Source: Gemmatimonadales bacterium (lineage in GTDB: Bacteria > Gemmatimonadota > Gemmatimonadetes > Gemmatimonadales > GWC2-71-9). Taken from it: DNA of 64,000 nucleotides. The stretch spans positions 33,110 through 97,109 of the forward strand of contig DASXTV010000049.1 in NCBI GenBank assembly GCA_036505175.1, in the 5' to 3' direction. Below, piece by piece: positions 44,926 to 53,157 of the stretch. Made by a program: the position numbers and the translations under genes. The stretch's first letter is position 1. Each line of letters begins with the position of its first letter. The notes under the pieces are model-generated. The model ran no database searches. It was not told the origin of the DNA and worked only from the letters and a program-made list of their open reading frames with translations.

Positions 44926-44990
44926 GTAGGGCGGTAGGAGGCGGTAGGAGGCGGTACCGCCCCCTACCGCCCCTTTACCGCCTCCTACCG
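44926..44990. terminator. Long hairpin built from 10-bp units (GGCGGTAGGA x2, centre GGTACC) between convergent genes
   Basis: GTAGGGCGGTAGGAGGCGGTAGGAGGCGGTA|CCGCCCCCTACCGCCCCTTTACCGCCTCCTACCG read directly. The inner ~17 bp pair with one mismatch. The right arm covers the stop codon of the M14 gene. Confidence 0.6.
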
Positions 44991-47672
44991 ATTCGGCCCT
45001 ATCAGTATCGCATTCGTCAGCAGCTTCGCCGGTCCCCGCCAGAACGCCCTGAATAACGGATCACTCAGAAACAGCACGACCCTGCCGGAGCCTTGATTCT
45101 CAACCGCCGCCCACGTCGTCCCCTTCAGCAGCCGGGCGGTGTTGTCGGGCCATGTAAAGCCCGAAAGCACCAGGGAGTCTACCGGATCAGTGAACGTGAC
45201 GGCGTTGGCTCCGGCTTTGGATGGGCGCCAGAACGTGTCGCCGTCGATGAATACCGGCATCCGGTTGCGATCGTATCCCAGCGTTAACCAGTGGGTGGTG
45301 TCGAGCGTCGCCCGGAAGATCGCGCCCGGGATCCACTCCGGCCGATCACGCGCCGGCGCGGTGCTCGAGATCAAGGCGGGCTCGTTTCCGGCGACAGTCG
45401 TGTCGGCTTTCGCGCCGCTGTCGGGCGCGACGCTCGCGATGCTCGATAACCCCACGTCCTTGAGTGCGGCGAGGTCTCCCGCGCCGCCGTAGCCGATCAG
45501 CACGCTGCCAGAGCGTACCCACGCCTTCAGCCTTTCGACGCCATCATCGCCCAGCTCGCGACGCATCCGGCTGCCGCTACCATCGGGGACGATGATCACG
45601 TTGAAAGTGTGGAGGTCATTCATGCGCCCGATCGCGCGGAGCGGTACAGGGGTGAACGCGACGTTGAGCTCACGAGCGAGGTAGTACCAGAGCCAGCCGT
45701 AACTCGTCTCTGAAATACCATCGCCGGCGGCCACCAGGATCTTGGGAGCGTGCAGTCCCCCGACATCTTCGGAGCCGATTCCGGCATCCCCCGTGTCGGG
45801 AAACGCCGTCTGCAACGTGAAAACGGGGACGCCCATGGCAGGCCCCAACGCCGCGATCCGCTCATGCAGACTCGCGGGGTTGCGTTGCGCGCGCGCGACG
45901 AACGAGCCGCGCGGATAGGTGCGACCGCCGCTGAGGATCGGTTGCCGCGTGACCGCGAGCTTGAAGTCTTCGGCTTCGAGCGCGAGCGCGAGCCGGGCCG
46001 CCCCCGGCCTGTCGTTGGTGAAGACGTAGGCACTGGCACCGCGCGCCGGCGCGGCGGGAGGCGGCACGATCGAGTCGGTGACCGGGTCCCCGGCGGGGCC
46101 GGCATCCTCAGTCCAATACGCATCGAGATTGAACGACAACGGCAGCGACCACGCCGTGATGTCGTAGAAGCCGTAGTCCTCCTTCTCGGCATCTTCGCCG
46201 CGGCGCCGGTTCCGCTGGAACTTCCCGATCTCCCGCTGGACGAACGACCGCTCCATGCTCGGCTGCGGTTCGAGGATGGCCTTGGCGATTCGCCGCTGCG
46301 GCTGGTTCAGGTCGATCACGTAGCTGCCGGCAGGAAAGGTTCTCGCCGTCGCCGTCGTGCCCGGGCTGATGTAGGCGTGCGCGACACGCGAGGGCAACGG
46401 CTGGCGCAGGCGCGTGACCTCGATCCCGTTTCGGAGCAGCAAGCCGACCACGTGCGCCGCCGACTGCGGGTCGCTGCCCGGCACGATCACGACGCGTTTC
46501 ATGCGATCGGTCGCCGCTTCCGCCATCGCCGAGTGGCGGAACTCATAGTAGTCCTGCAGGCGGCTCTGCCGGTTCTTCTCCGTCGTCTCCAGCGTGGCCA
46601 GGGAAGCCACGAAGTGGTGTGAGATGCCGTCGCGGAAGGTGGTGATACTGCCGTCGTCGCGGCGCTTGCGGAATTCAGGCCCGCCGTCGGTCTCGTATGT
46701 CATGCCGGTGGCGCCCTGAAACGTGGTCCATTCGTCCCAATAGCCGACGTAGAAGAAGTCGAATACTCCGCCCACGTAATACTGCCAGCCATACCGGTCG
46801 AACGCCGCGGCGTTGCCGCGGCCATACGTCGCGAACCACTTGGTCGTCTGCGGGGGCAGGTTCATGTTCACCGCCTGCGCGACCGGTGGGAAGAAGAACG
46901 ACGATGTCGTCGAGTGATGGTCCACGAACACCTGGGGGCGCCAGCGCAGGATGCCGTCCATCATCGCGCGAACTTCCGGCTGGCTCTGGGCGAGCAAGTC
47001 GCGATTCATGTCGAAGCGGTAGTGGCTGTAGCGGCCGGTGATGCTCCAGGGCTCATTCTGTTCGAAGGCCCAGGGATGATCCGCGCCGATGCCGACGGAG
47101 TTGTACCAGGCGGCGAAGCGCTCATGTCCATCGGGATTGGCCGATGGGTTGAGCACCACGACCACCGACTTCAGGATCTCGAGGGTCTGCGGCTCGTCCG
47201 ACGCCGCGAGCTGATAGGCGACCTGCATGGCGGCCTCGAATCCCGCCGGTTCGTCCCCGTGGACGGAGTACTGGAACACCGCGACGGCCGGGCTCTGCGC
47301 GGCGATCGCCGCGGCGCGCGCGGCCGACGTCTTGCGCGGATCTGCCAGCTCGGCGAGACCCGCGCGGATTTGATCGAGCTTGGCGAGGTTCGCGGGATCG
47401 GAAATGATCAACGCCCGGATGGGCCGGTACTCGCTCGTGCGTCCCCAAGTCTCGATCCGCACACGGTCGCTCGCAGTGGCGACCAAGGTGTCGAGATAGT
47501 GCTGCATCACTGCGTACATGGTGTGCTGGTCGCCGGCCGGGTAACCGGTGATCGCCTCGGGGCGTGGGACGGTCGGGCGATAGGGGCCGCGGGAGTAGAA
47601 GTCGAAGGGTTCCTGGGAGGCGAGGGGCGATCCCAGAGACAGTACGTACAACGCAACGAGAATCGGGCGCAT
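44985..47672 (-). CDS. Large secreted M14-family zinc carboxypeptidase-like protein
   Basis: The start was re-set to ATG 47672 (MRPILVALYVLSLGSPLASQ). The track start at 47714 lies inside the REP palindrome. VHGDEPAG matches the HxxE zinc motif of M14. Confidence 0.82.
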   Translation of the reverse strand: MRPILVALYVLSLGSPLASQEPFDFYSRGPYRPTVPRPEAITGYPAGDQHTMYAVMQHYLDTLVATASDRVRIETWGRTSEYRPIRALIISDPANLAKLDQIRAGLAELADPRKTSAARAAAIAAQSPAVAVFQYSVHGDEPAGFEAAMQVAYQLAASDEPQTLEILKSVVVVLNPSANPDGHERFAAWYNSVGIGADHPWAFEQNEPWSITGRYSHYRFDMNRDLLAQSQPEVRAMMDGILRWRPQVFVDHHSTTSSFFFPPVAQAVNMNLPPQTTKWFATYGRGNAAAFDRYGWQYYVGGVFDFFYVGYWDEWTTFQGATGMTYETDGGPEFRKRRDDGSITTFRDGISHHFVASLATLETTEKNRQSRLQDYYEFRHSAMAEAATDRMKRVVIVPGSDPQSAAHVVGLLLRNGIEVTRLRQPLPSRVAHAYISPGTTATARTFPAGSYVIDLNQPQRRIAKAILEPQPSMERSFVQREIGKFQRNRRRGEDAEKEDYGFYDITAWSLPLSFNLDAYWTEDAGPAGDPVTDSIVPPPAAPARGASAYVFTNDRPGAARLALALEAEDFKLAVTRQPILSGGRTYPRGSFVARAQRNPASLHERIAALGPAMGVPVFTLQTAFPDTGDAGIGSEDVGGLHAPKILVAAGDGISETSYGWLWYYLARELNVAFTPVPLRAIGRMNDLHTFNVIIVPDGSGSRMRRELGDDGVERLKAWVRSGSVLIGYGGAGDLAALKDVGLSSIASVAPDSGAKADTTVAGNEPALISSTAPARDRPEWIPGAIFRATLDTTHWLTLGYDRNRMPVFIDGDTFWRPSKAGANAVTFTDPVDSLVLSGFTWPDNTARLLKGTTWAAVENQGSGRVVLFLSDPLFRAFWRGPAKLLTNAILIGPNR

Positions 47673-47699
47673 GGATGTACCGGATGTGAGTTCATAGGA

Positions 47700-47727
47700 G
47701 TAGGGGCGCAGCATGCTGCGCCCCTAC
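47700..47727. repeat. 28-bp GTAG palindrome, copy 3
   Basis: An exact copy, read directly, between the stop of the hybrid kinase gene and the start of the M14 gene (both on the minus strand). Confidence 0.85.
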
Positions 47728-47746
47728 GCGACAATCGACCGTTCGA

Positions 47747-49666
47747 CTACGCCCGGCGGCGCGCCGCCGGCAATGCCTGGTCGAAAGAAGCGAACTCGAA
47801 TGGCTTGGGGACGCAAGGCCGGCCGGTCCCATCGAGGAACCGGCGCATTTGCTCGTTCACGAGGTCACCCGTCGTGAAGATCACGCGCTCGGCATGGCCG
47901 GGGTCGTTGCTGCGGAGCCGCTCGAAGAGCTGCTCGCCGGAGAGGTCCGGCATGCGCATATCCACGATCACCGCGTCGTATTTCGATCCCTTGAGACGAA
48001 CGAGGGCATCCTCGCCGCTCGCGGTCGTCTCGACCTCGTGTCCCTTACCGGCGAGATAGCGCTGCAGCGACACGCGGACCGAGGCCTCGTCGTCCACCAC
48101 CAACACGCGCAGGCGGTCGCTCCCGACCGTCTGGACGTGTTCAATGGTCGCGTGCTCTCCAGCGCTCCGCGGCGCGGTGATCGGGACCTCGACCACGAAG
48201 CGGGCGCCGCCCTGGGGCGGATTCTCGGCCCAGATCCGGCCCTCGTGCTCACGCACGATCCCCAGCGAGATCGAGAGTCCCAGACCCGTCCCCGAACCGG
48301 TCGGCTTGGTCGTGAAGAAGGGGTTGAAGATGCGCTCGATCAGGTTCGGCGGAATGCCGCTCCCGGAGTCCTCGACTTCAATCCGGATCGCGTCGCCACT
48401 GCGTCGCGTGCGCACGGTCAGCCGATGATGTTGCCCTTCCTTCTGCTCCATCGCCTGCTCGGCATTGGTGATGAGGTTCAGGAACACCTGCTGTAGCTGG
48501 TGTGCGTCGGCCATCGTGTCCGGTAGCGAGTCGTCGTATTCGCGGCGGACGTCGATGCCGCGCACGCGGAGCTCGTACCCGCGCAGCTCGAGCGTGTCGT
48601 CGAGCACCTGGTTGATCGCGGTGGGGACCTTCTCGGCCTTATGCTGGCGCGCAAAGGTGAGCAAGTTCTGGACGATGCGGCTCGCGCGGCGCGCCTCGCT
48701 GTAAATCGTTTCCGCCGCCGTCCGCTGATCGGGCGGAAACCGCTTCTCTGCGAGCAGGAGCTGGGCGAACGCCGAGATGCCGGCGAGCGGATTGTTGAGC
48801 TCGTGCGCGACGCCCGAAACCAGCTGTCCAATCGCCGACATTTTTTCCGACTGTATGAGCTGCTCCTGCAGCATCTTTTGATCGGTGACGTCGCGAATGA
48901 GGCACAGCACCTCCTCGTCTTTCTGCGGCGTCGAGTACGTGATCGAGATGGTGCGGACCTCGCCGTCTTTGCGATAGAACTGCGATTCGAACAACCCCGT
49001 CTCACCGGCGAGCGCCTGCTGGAAGTGCCCCAGCGCCCGCGGGAGGTCGTCGTCGTGGAGCATGGGGGCGAACCACTGGCCCACCAGCTCGTCGCGCTTA
49101 TAGCCGGAGATGTTCTCGGCGGCATGGTTCACGGTGGTGAAACGGCCGTTGGCATCCAGCGTGACAATCGCGTCGGAGGCCGACTCCACGAGGTGACGGT
49201 AGCGAGCCTCGGAGCGGGCCAGGGTGTCCTGGGCGCGCTTGGGGTCGGTGATATCGCGAAGGACGGCGACCGTGCCGATGATCTCGTCGTGCATCCGGAA
49301 CGGGCCGCTCGAGACCGAGACATCCCGCTCTTCACCGGTGCGGTGATTGACGATCCGCGTCTCGTACCGCTGCGTTTCGCCGCCCAAGACGCGGTCTTCG
49401 CGTGAGGCGACGTGCGCCCGCTCGCCGGGGGACAGGTTGTCGGCGATTGCCTGGCCGACGATTTCGCCCACCTGCCAGCCCAGCATTTCCGCGCCGACGT
49501 CGTTTACCGCGAGCACCCGCCGATCTGCGCCCGTGACGACGACGGCATCCGGTAGCGCGGCGACGATGTCGGCTGCTGCCTGCAGCAAGTCCACCCGCGG
49601 ACTCTTGCCTGCCGCAGTGCTTGCCCCAGCCGTCCGGGTCGGCGAGATGCGACGAGTTTTAGTCAC
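47747..49666 (-). CDS. PAS-PAS hybrid sensor histidine kinase with C-terminal receiver
   Basis: 639 aa with two PAS-like segments. Features: H-box SGVAHELNNPLAGI, HATPase N/G boxes (LNLITNA, DSGSGIP, GTGLGLS), and REC (RVLVVDDE...VIVDMRMPDLSG). The GTG start overlaps the upstream stop (GTGA). Confidence 0.9.
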   Translation of the reverse strand: MTKTRRISPTRTAGASTAAGKSPRVDLLQAAADIVAALPDAVVVTGADRRVLAVNDVGAEMLGWQVGEIVGQAIADNLSPGERAHVASREDRVLGGETQRYETRIVNHRTGEERDVSVSSGPFRMHDEIIGTVAVLRDITDPKRAQDTLARSEARYRHLVESASDAIVTLDANGRFTTVNHAAENISGYKRDELVGQWFAPMLHDDDLPRALGHFQQALAGETGLFESQFYRKDGEVRTISITYSTPQKDEEVLCLIRDVTDQKMLQEQLIQSEKMSAIGQLVSGVAHELNNPLAGISAFAQLLLAEKRFPPDQRTAAETIYSEARRASRIVQNLLTFARQHKAEKVPTAINQVLDDTLELRGYELRVRGIDVRREYDDSLPDTMADAHQLQQVFLNLITNAEQAMEQKEGQHHRLTVRTRRSGDAIRIEVEDSGSGIPPNLIERIFNPFFTTKPTGSGTGLGLSISLGIVREHEGRIWAENPPQGGARFVVEVPITAPRSAGEHATIEHVQTVGSDRLRVLVVDDEASVRVSLQRYLAGKGHEVETTASGEDALVRLKGSKYDAVIVDMRMPDLSGEQLFERLRSNDPGHAERVIFTTGDLVNEQMRRFLDGTGRPCVPKPFEFASFDQALPAARRRA

Positions 49667-50340
49667 GCGTGATAAGACGCCTCCATGGAGAAGCGCATCA
49701 GCTCGAGGCTTTCCAGGGCGGACTGGGTGACTTGCTCGGGACTATCGCTGCCCCGTTTCACGCAATCCTTGATGATCTCGAGCGCATGGATCGGATGCTC
49801 ATCGTCGTACTTGGCATGCTCCTCGAGCCACCAGCGGCCGCGCGGGCCGATTTTCTCGTTCTTGGCGAGTCCTCGCAGGGCCTTTTCGGAAATCTTCTGC
49901 GCGACGCCTTCGACGGCATAATTGGTGGCGGAGACCGCCTGGCCAAACTCCGCGTTGCGGCACATGTCGGTCAGGTAGGCGTGGAACTTCTTGACCTCCG
50001 GAAGCATCGGCTCCGGTTCCTGGAACCGTTTCTTATGCACGTTGAAGCCGTCCCCCATGGCCCGCCACATCGCGTCGTGCCGGCGCTCGACGCGAATGTT
50101 ATCCGTGAAAAACTCCCGGCCCATCGCCGGTGAGCGATCCAGCAGCATCTGCAGCCACTGCGGGAAGTCTCGGATAATAGGATAGAACGCGACGAGAAAG
50201 TTCTGGATCTGGCCGTCGACCAGTTGATTCTCGGACGCGTCGATGATGACCGGCGTATCGAGGATCGCCTGACGGCGGGGCTCCAGCGTCGTATCGAGTT
50301 CCGCTACCCAGGACGGGTGCGGGGTGATTTCGACTGCCAT
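49663..50340 (-). CDS. Heme-oxygenase-like fold (PqqC/TenA/CADD-type) iron-containing redox enzyme family protein
   Basis: The start was re-set to ATG 50340 (MAVEITPHPSW...), giving 225 aa. Candidate di-iron ligand pattern: VERRH (ExxH), YAVEG, and EEHAKYDDEH (HxxxDxxH). Confidence 0.7.
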   Translation of the reverse strand: MAVEITPHPSWVAELDTTLEPRRQAILDTPVIIDASENQLVDGQIQNFLVAFYPIIRDFPQWLQMLLDRSPAMGREFFTDNIRVERRHDAMWRAMGDGFNVHKKRFQEPEPMLPEVKKFHAYLTDMCRNAEFGQAVSATNYAVEGVAQKISEKALRGLAKNEKIGPRGRWWLEEHAKYDDEHPIHALEIIKDCVKRGSDSPEQVTQSALESLELMRFSMEASYHA

Positions 50341-50466
50341 TGCAGCTCCTCTCACGGGCGCGGCGTGCGTTACTAGGGGTGCAGCGTGGCCTGAATGTAC
50401 GGGTGAGCGTCGAACATGCAAGCTTAAGTCGGATAGTGACTTGGCGCACAGCGCGAAAATGGTGTC

Positions 50467-50496
50467 TTGACAAGATATATCGTTCAAGAATATCGT
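50467..50496 (+). promoter_or_regulatory. Candidate padR promoter/operator: TTGACA-17 nt-ATATCG with direct repeat CAAGATATATCG / CAAGAATATCG
   Basis: Read by eye in the 182-bp divergent intergenic region. There is no experimental support. Confidence 0.3.
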
Positions 50497-50522
50497 GGCG
50501 TAACATCTCACAAGAGGCCAAG

Positions 50523-51062
50523 ATGGGCAGGAAGTTCGGCTGGGAAGGCTTTTGGGGTTTCCGGGGCGGTCGAGCGTGGAGGGGGGGAAGGCGGCAGTGG
50601 TTCGGCGCCGGCGACATGAAGTACGTGATTCTGAAGCTGGTGCGGGATAAGCCACGTCATGGATACGAAGTCATGAAGGAGTTGGAGGAGCGCATGCACG
50701 GCTGCTACTCGCCGTCGCCGGGCACCGTGTATCCGACGTTGCAGTGGCTCGAGGATGAAGGACTCGTCGTCGCGCGGGACGTGGAAGGCAAGAAGGTTTA
50801 CGAAATCACCGACACAGGACGGACTTTTTTGGACGAGCACAAGGACATCGTCGAAGACATCTTCGATCGCGTGACCGAAACCGTCGAGCGCACCGTGGGT
50901 GGCTCGATGGTCGAGGTGAACCGGGCGTTAGGCCAGCTCGTGAAGACGGTCTATCGTACCGGCTGGAAGGCCGAGAGTGATGCCGCGCGCAAGCGCGTCG
51001 CCGAGGCGCTCGCGAAGGCTACGGCGGAGATTGAAGCGCTAGCGACCTCGTCGGTCGCGTAA
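50523..51062 (+). CDS. PadR-family transcriptional regulator with Gly/Arg/Trp-rich N-terminal extension
   Basis: The start was re-set to ATG 50523. The winged-helix segment is KYVILKLVRDKPRHGYEVMKELEERMHGCYSPSPGTVYPTLQWLEDEGLV. Confidence 0.85.
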   Translation: MGRKFGWEGFWGFRGGRAWRGGRRQWFGAGDMKYVILKLVRDKPRHGYEVMKELEERMHGCYSPSPGTVYPTLQWLEDEGLVVARDVEGKKVYEITDTGRTFLDEHKDIVEDIFDRVTETVERTVGGSMVEVNRALGQLVKTVYRTGWKAESDAARKRVAEALAKATAEIEALATSSVA

Positions 51063-52031
51063 TTCCTCGATGGCCCGCGTCACGTAGACGCGGGTCATCT
51101 GCTTTCTCCACGACAAATCAAAGTCGGTGTTGTCCATCGGCTTCGAAGGACGGTAGGCCGCTTCAGCGGCAGCGGCGATGGACTCGTCCGAGAGCGGCGC
51201 TCCTGTGAGCGCCGCACCCGCCTCCACAATCTCCTGCGGATGGCTTGCGACTCCACCCAACACGATGCGGGCGTCCGAGACGTTCGTGCCGTTCCACTGA
51301 ATCCATGCCGCCACGCCGAGGACCGGGAAATCGAAGGAACCGCGGCGCCGCAGCTTGTGGTAGACCGCGTCCCAGCCGTTCGGACCGGGAAGACGGACGT
51401 CTACCAGAATCTCATCGGGTTGCTTCGTGAGATAATTGATCCCGTCGTTGTGATAAAACCTGCCGGCGGGGACCACGCGCTCGCCCTGCGGCCCAACGAG
51501 CCGATACTCCGCACCGATCGCCACCATCACCGGCGCGACGTCGGACGAGCTCACCGCCCAGCAGCGCGGCGACGACGGCGCCACCCAGCAGATCTTGCCG
51601 TCTTTCTTCATGCAGAAGTCGATGGACTTCCGCCACTCGTAGCTCTGATTGTAGTAATTGCAGCGCGTGTCGAGACACAGGTTGCCGCCGAGGGTGCCCA
51701 TGTTGCGGAGCAGCGGGGTAGAGACAACGCGGGCGGCGGTACCGACGGCGGATCGCCGGATTGTCGGATGGTCGGATAGCTTCGTCAACGTCACGCCAGC
51801 TCCGAACACCATTCGATCCGCCGATCCGCCGATCCGACCATCCGTCATAAGCTCGGGGATCGCCATCAGCGAGATGACGGTCTTCGGCTCCTGGTGTCGG
51901 CGCTTCATGTTGGGATACAGGTCAGTGCCGCCGGCGACGAACATCCCGTCGGGGCCGGCGTCGGCCTTCATGCGAACGGCTTCGCTGAGCGTGCGCGGCT
52001 GCAGATACGTGAAGCTGGGAAGGCGCAGCAT
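51039..52031 (-). CDS. FAD-binding subunit of a xanthine-dehydrogenase-family molybdoenzyme, with a Cys-rich insertion (HcrB-like)
   Basis: 330 aa. AGGTDLYPNMK is the FAD-binding motif. The insertion CNYYNQSYEWRKSIDFCMKKDGKICWVAPSSPRC has spacing C124-x15-C140-x7-C148-x8-C157. Confidence 0.85.
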   Translation of the reverse strand: MLRLPSFTYLQPRTLSEAVRMKADAGPDGMFVAGGTDLYPNMKRRHQEPKTVISLMAIPELMTDGRIGGSADRMVFGAGVTLTKLSDHPTIRRSAVGTAARVVSTPLLRNMGTLGGNLCLDTRCNYYNQSYEWRKSIDFCMKKDGKICWVAPSSPRCWAVSSSDVAPVMVAIGAEYRLVGPQGERVVPAGRFYHNDGINYLTKQPDEILVDVRLPGPNGWDAVYHKLRRRGSFDFPVLGVAAWIQWNGTNVSDARIVLGGVASHPQEIVEAGAALTGAPLSDESIAAAAEAAYRPSKPMDNTDFDLSWRKQMTRVYVTRAIEELRDRRGR

Positions 52032-52066
52032 GAGTGACCTTACTCAACGGCGTCCGGGCCGTCCAG

Positions 52067-53128
52067 TCACGGAGACTGTGTCCCGGGGCGTCCGTTGAGG
52101 AATTCCACCCGTAGCAACCGCTGCTCTTCGTGCGCTGTGGGCGGTGGATGCCGGCGATCGCGCCGCGCCTCAGATTTCGACGCAATGTGGACCGGAACAG
52201 TCACGGCGGGAAGCAGATCGCCGAACGCGACGGTCACTTCGAGGTTCTTGAGCGACCGCTGCGCTCGCTCGGGCCGCGTGAGACGGAAGATCAGCTGGCG
52301 CAGCTGATAGGTATCGGAGTCCAGCCACGCGCTCCCGGCCACGTCGGGCGAGCCCAACCGCTCGGCGGCGAGGAAATCGACGCGCCACTCGGAGCGACCC
52401 GCGAGCGTGTCAATCCCGCCGAAGGAGAAACAATGCGCCTTGTGAAACACCGAGTCGGCGAGATCGATCACCGTCGGGAGCCGGAGTGTCCGCTCGAGCC
52501 GCCCTCGTGGTCCTGGTTGATTGATGATGAGCCCGCCGGGCTTGTAGGGTATGCGGGCATCGCTGCGCCGTTCGACGGTATCGACTACGAGTGCCGGCCC
52601 GCGCGCCGGCGGCGGGTCGTCCGAATGCTGGCGCTCGATCCAGTACCTGAACGGGTACGCGTCGGACAATAAGCGATAGCGCGCCGCGTTCTCGCGCAGC
52701 TGGTCGAAGATTGCCGCCAGCTCGGGCTCTGAGTCGCGCTGGGGGGGGCCGGGTTGCAGGCATGCGCGAGCGAGCACGATGACGGGAGGCAGCTCGATGG
52801 CCAGCGACCGCAGCAGGACGTGGAGCACGAGTGGATCGCCCGCCACCGAGATTACGGTATCGAACGGGAGGTAGCCGATGGAGCGAACCACGATCCGGTA
52901 ATCGCCCCGGGCGAGGTCGGGGAATGAGAACGCCCCCGAGTCGTTCGTGAACCGTCCTGCGACACCCGGTTCGATGGCGATCGTGCTGTACGAAAGGGGG
53001 AGGTTCGATTCGCGAGCGCGCACGTCACCGCGCAGGGCCTGAGCGGCAGCGGCTGCGCAACACGTCAACGCGAGAACCGGCACCGCACACGCGATCGCCT
53101 GTACGTGGAGCCGCGGCATACACGTCAC
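52067..53128 (-). CDS. Secreted protein with N-terminal carboxypeptidase-regulatory-like (CarboxypepD_reg) domain, remainder unknown
   Basis: 353 aa with a signal peptide. GDVRARESNLPL...TNDSGAFSFPDLARGDYRIVVRSIGY matches the CarboxypepD_reg pattern. Confidence 0.6.
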   Translation of the reverse strand: MTCMPRLHVQAIACAVPVLALTCCAAAAAQALRGDVRARESNLPLSYSTIAIEPGVAGRFTNDSGAFSFPDLARGDYRIVVRSIGYLPFDTVISVAGDPLVLHVLLRSLAIELPPVIVLARACLQPGPPQRDSEPELAAIFDQLRENAARYRLLSDAYPFRYWIERQHSDDPPPARGPALVVDTVERRSDARIPYKPGGLIINQPGPRGRLERTLRLPTVIDLADSVFHKAHCFSFGGIDTLAGRSEWRVDFLAAERLGSPDVAGSAWLDSDTYQLRQLIFRLTRPERAQRSLKNLEVTVAFGDLLPAVTVPVHIASKSEARRDRRHPPPTAHEEQRLLRVEFLNGRPGTQSP

Positions 53129-53157
53129 CTTATGCCGCGGCTCCTGGCTCGTCCAGG

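Noticed and set aside
19784-47727. Possibility that the repeated 28-bp palindromes represent a CRISPR array.
   Set aside because: The three copies lie 7 kb and 21 kb apart, each in a different intergenic region. There is no regular repeat-spacer structure and no cas genes in the window.
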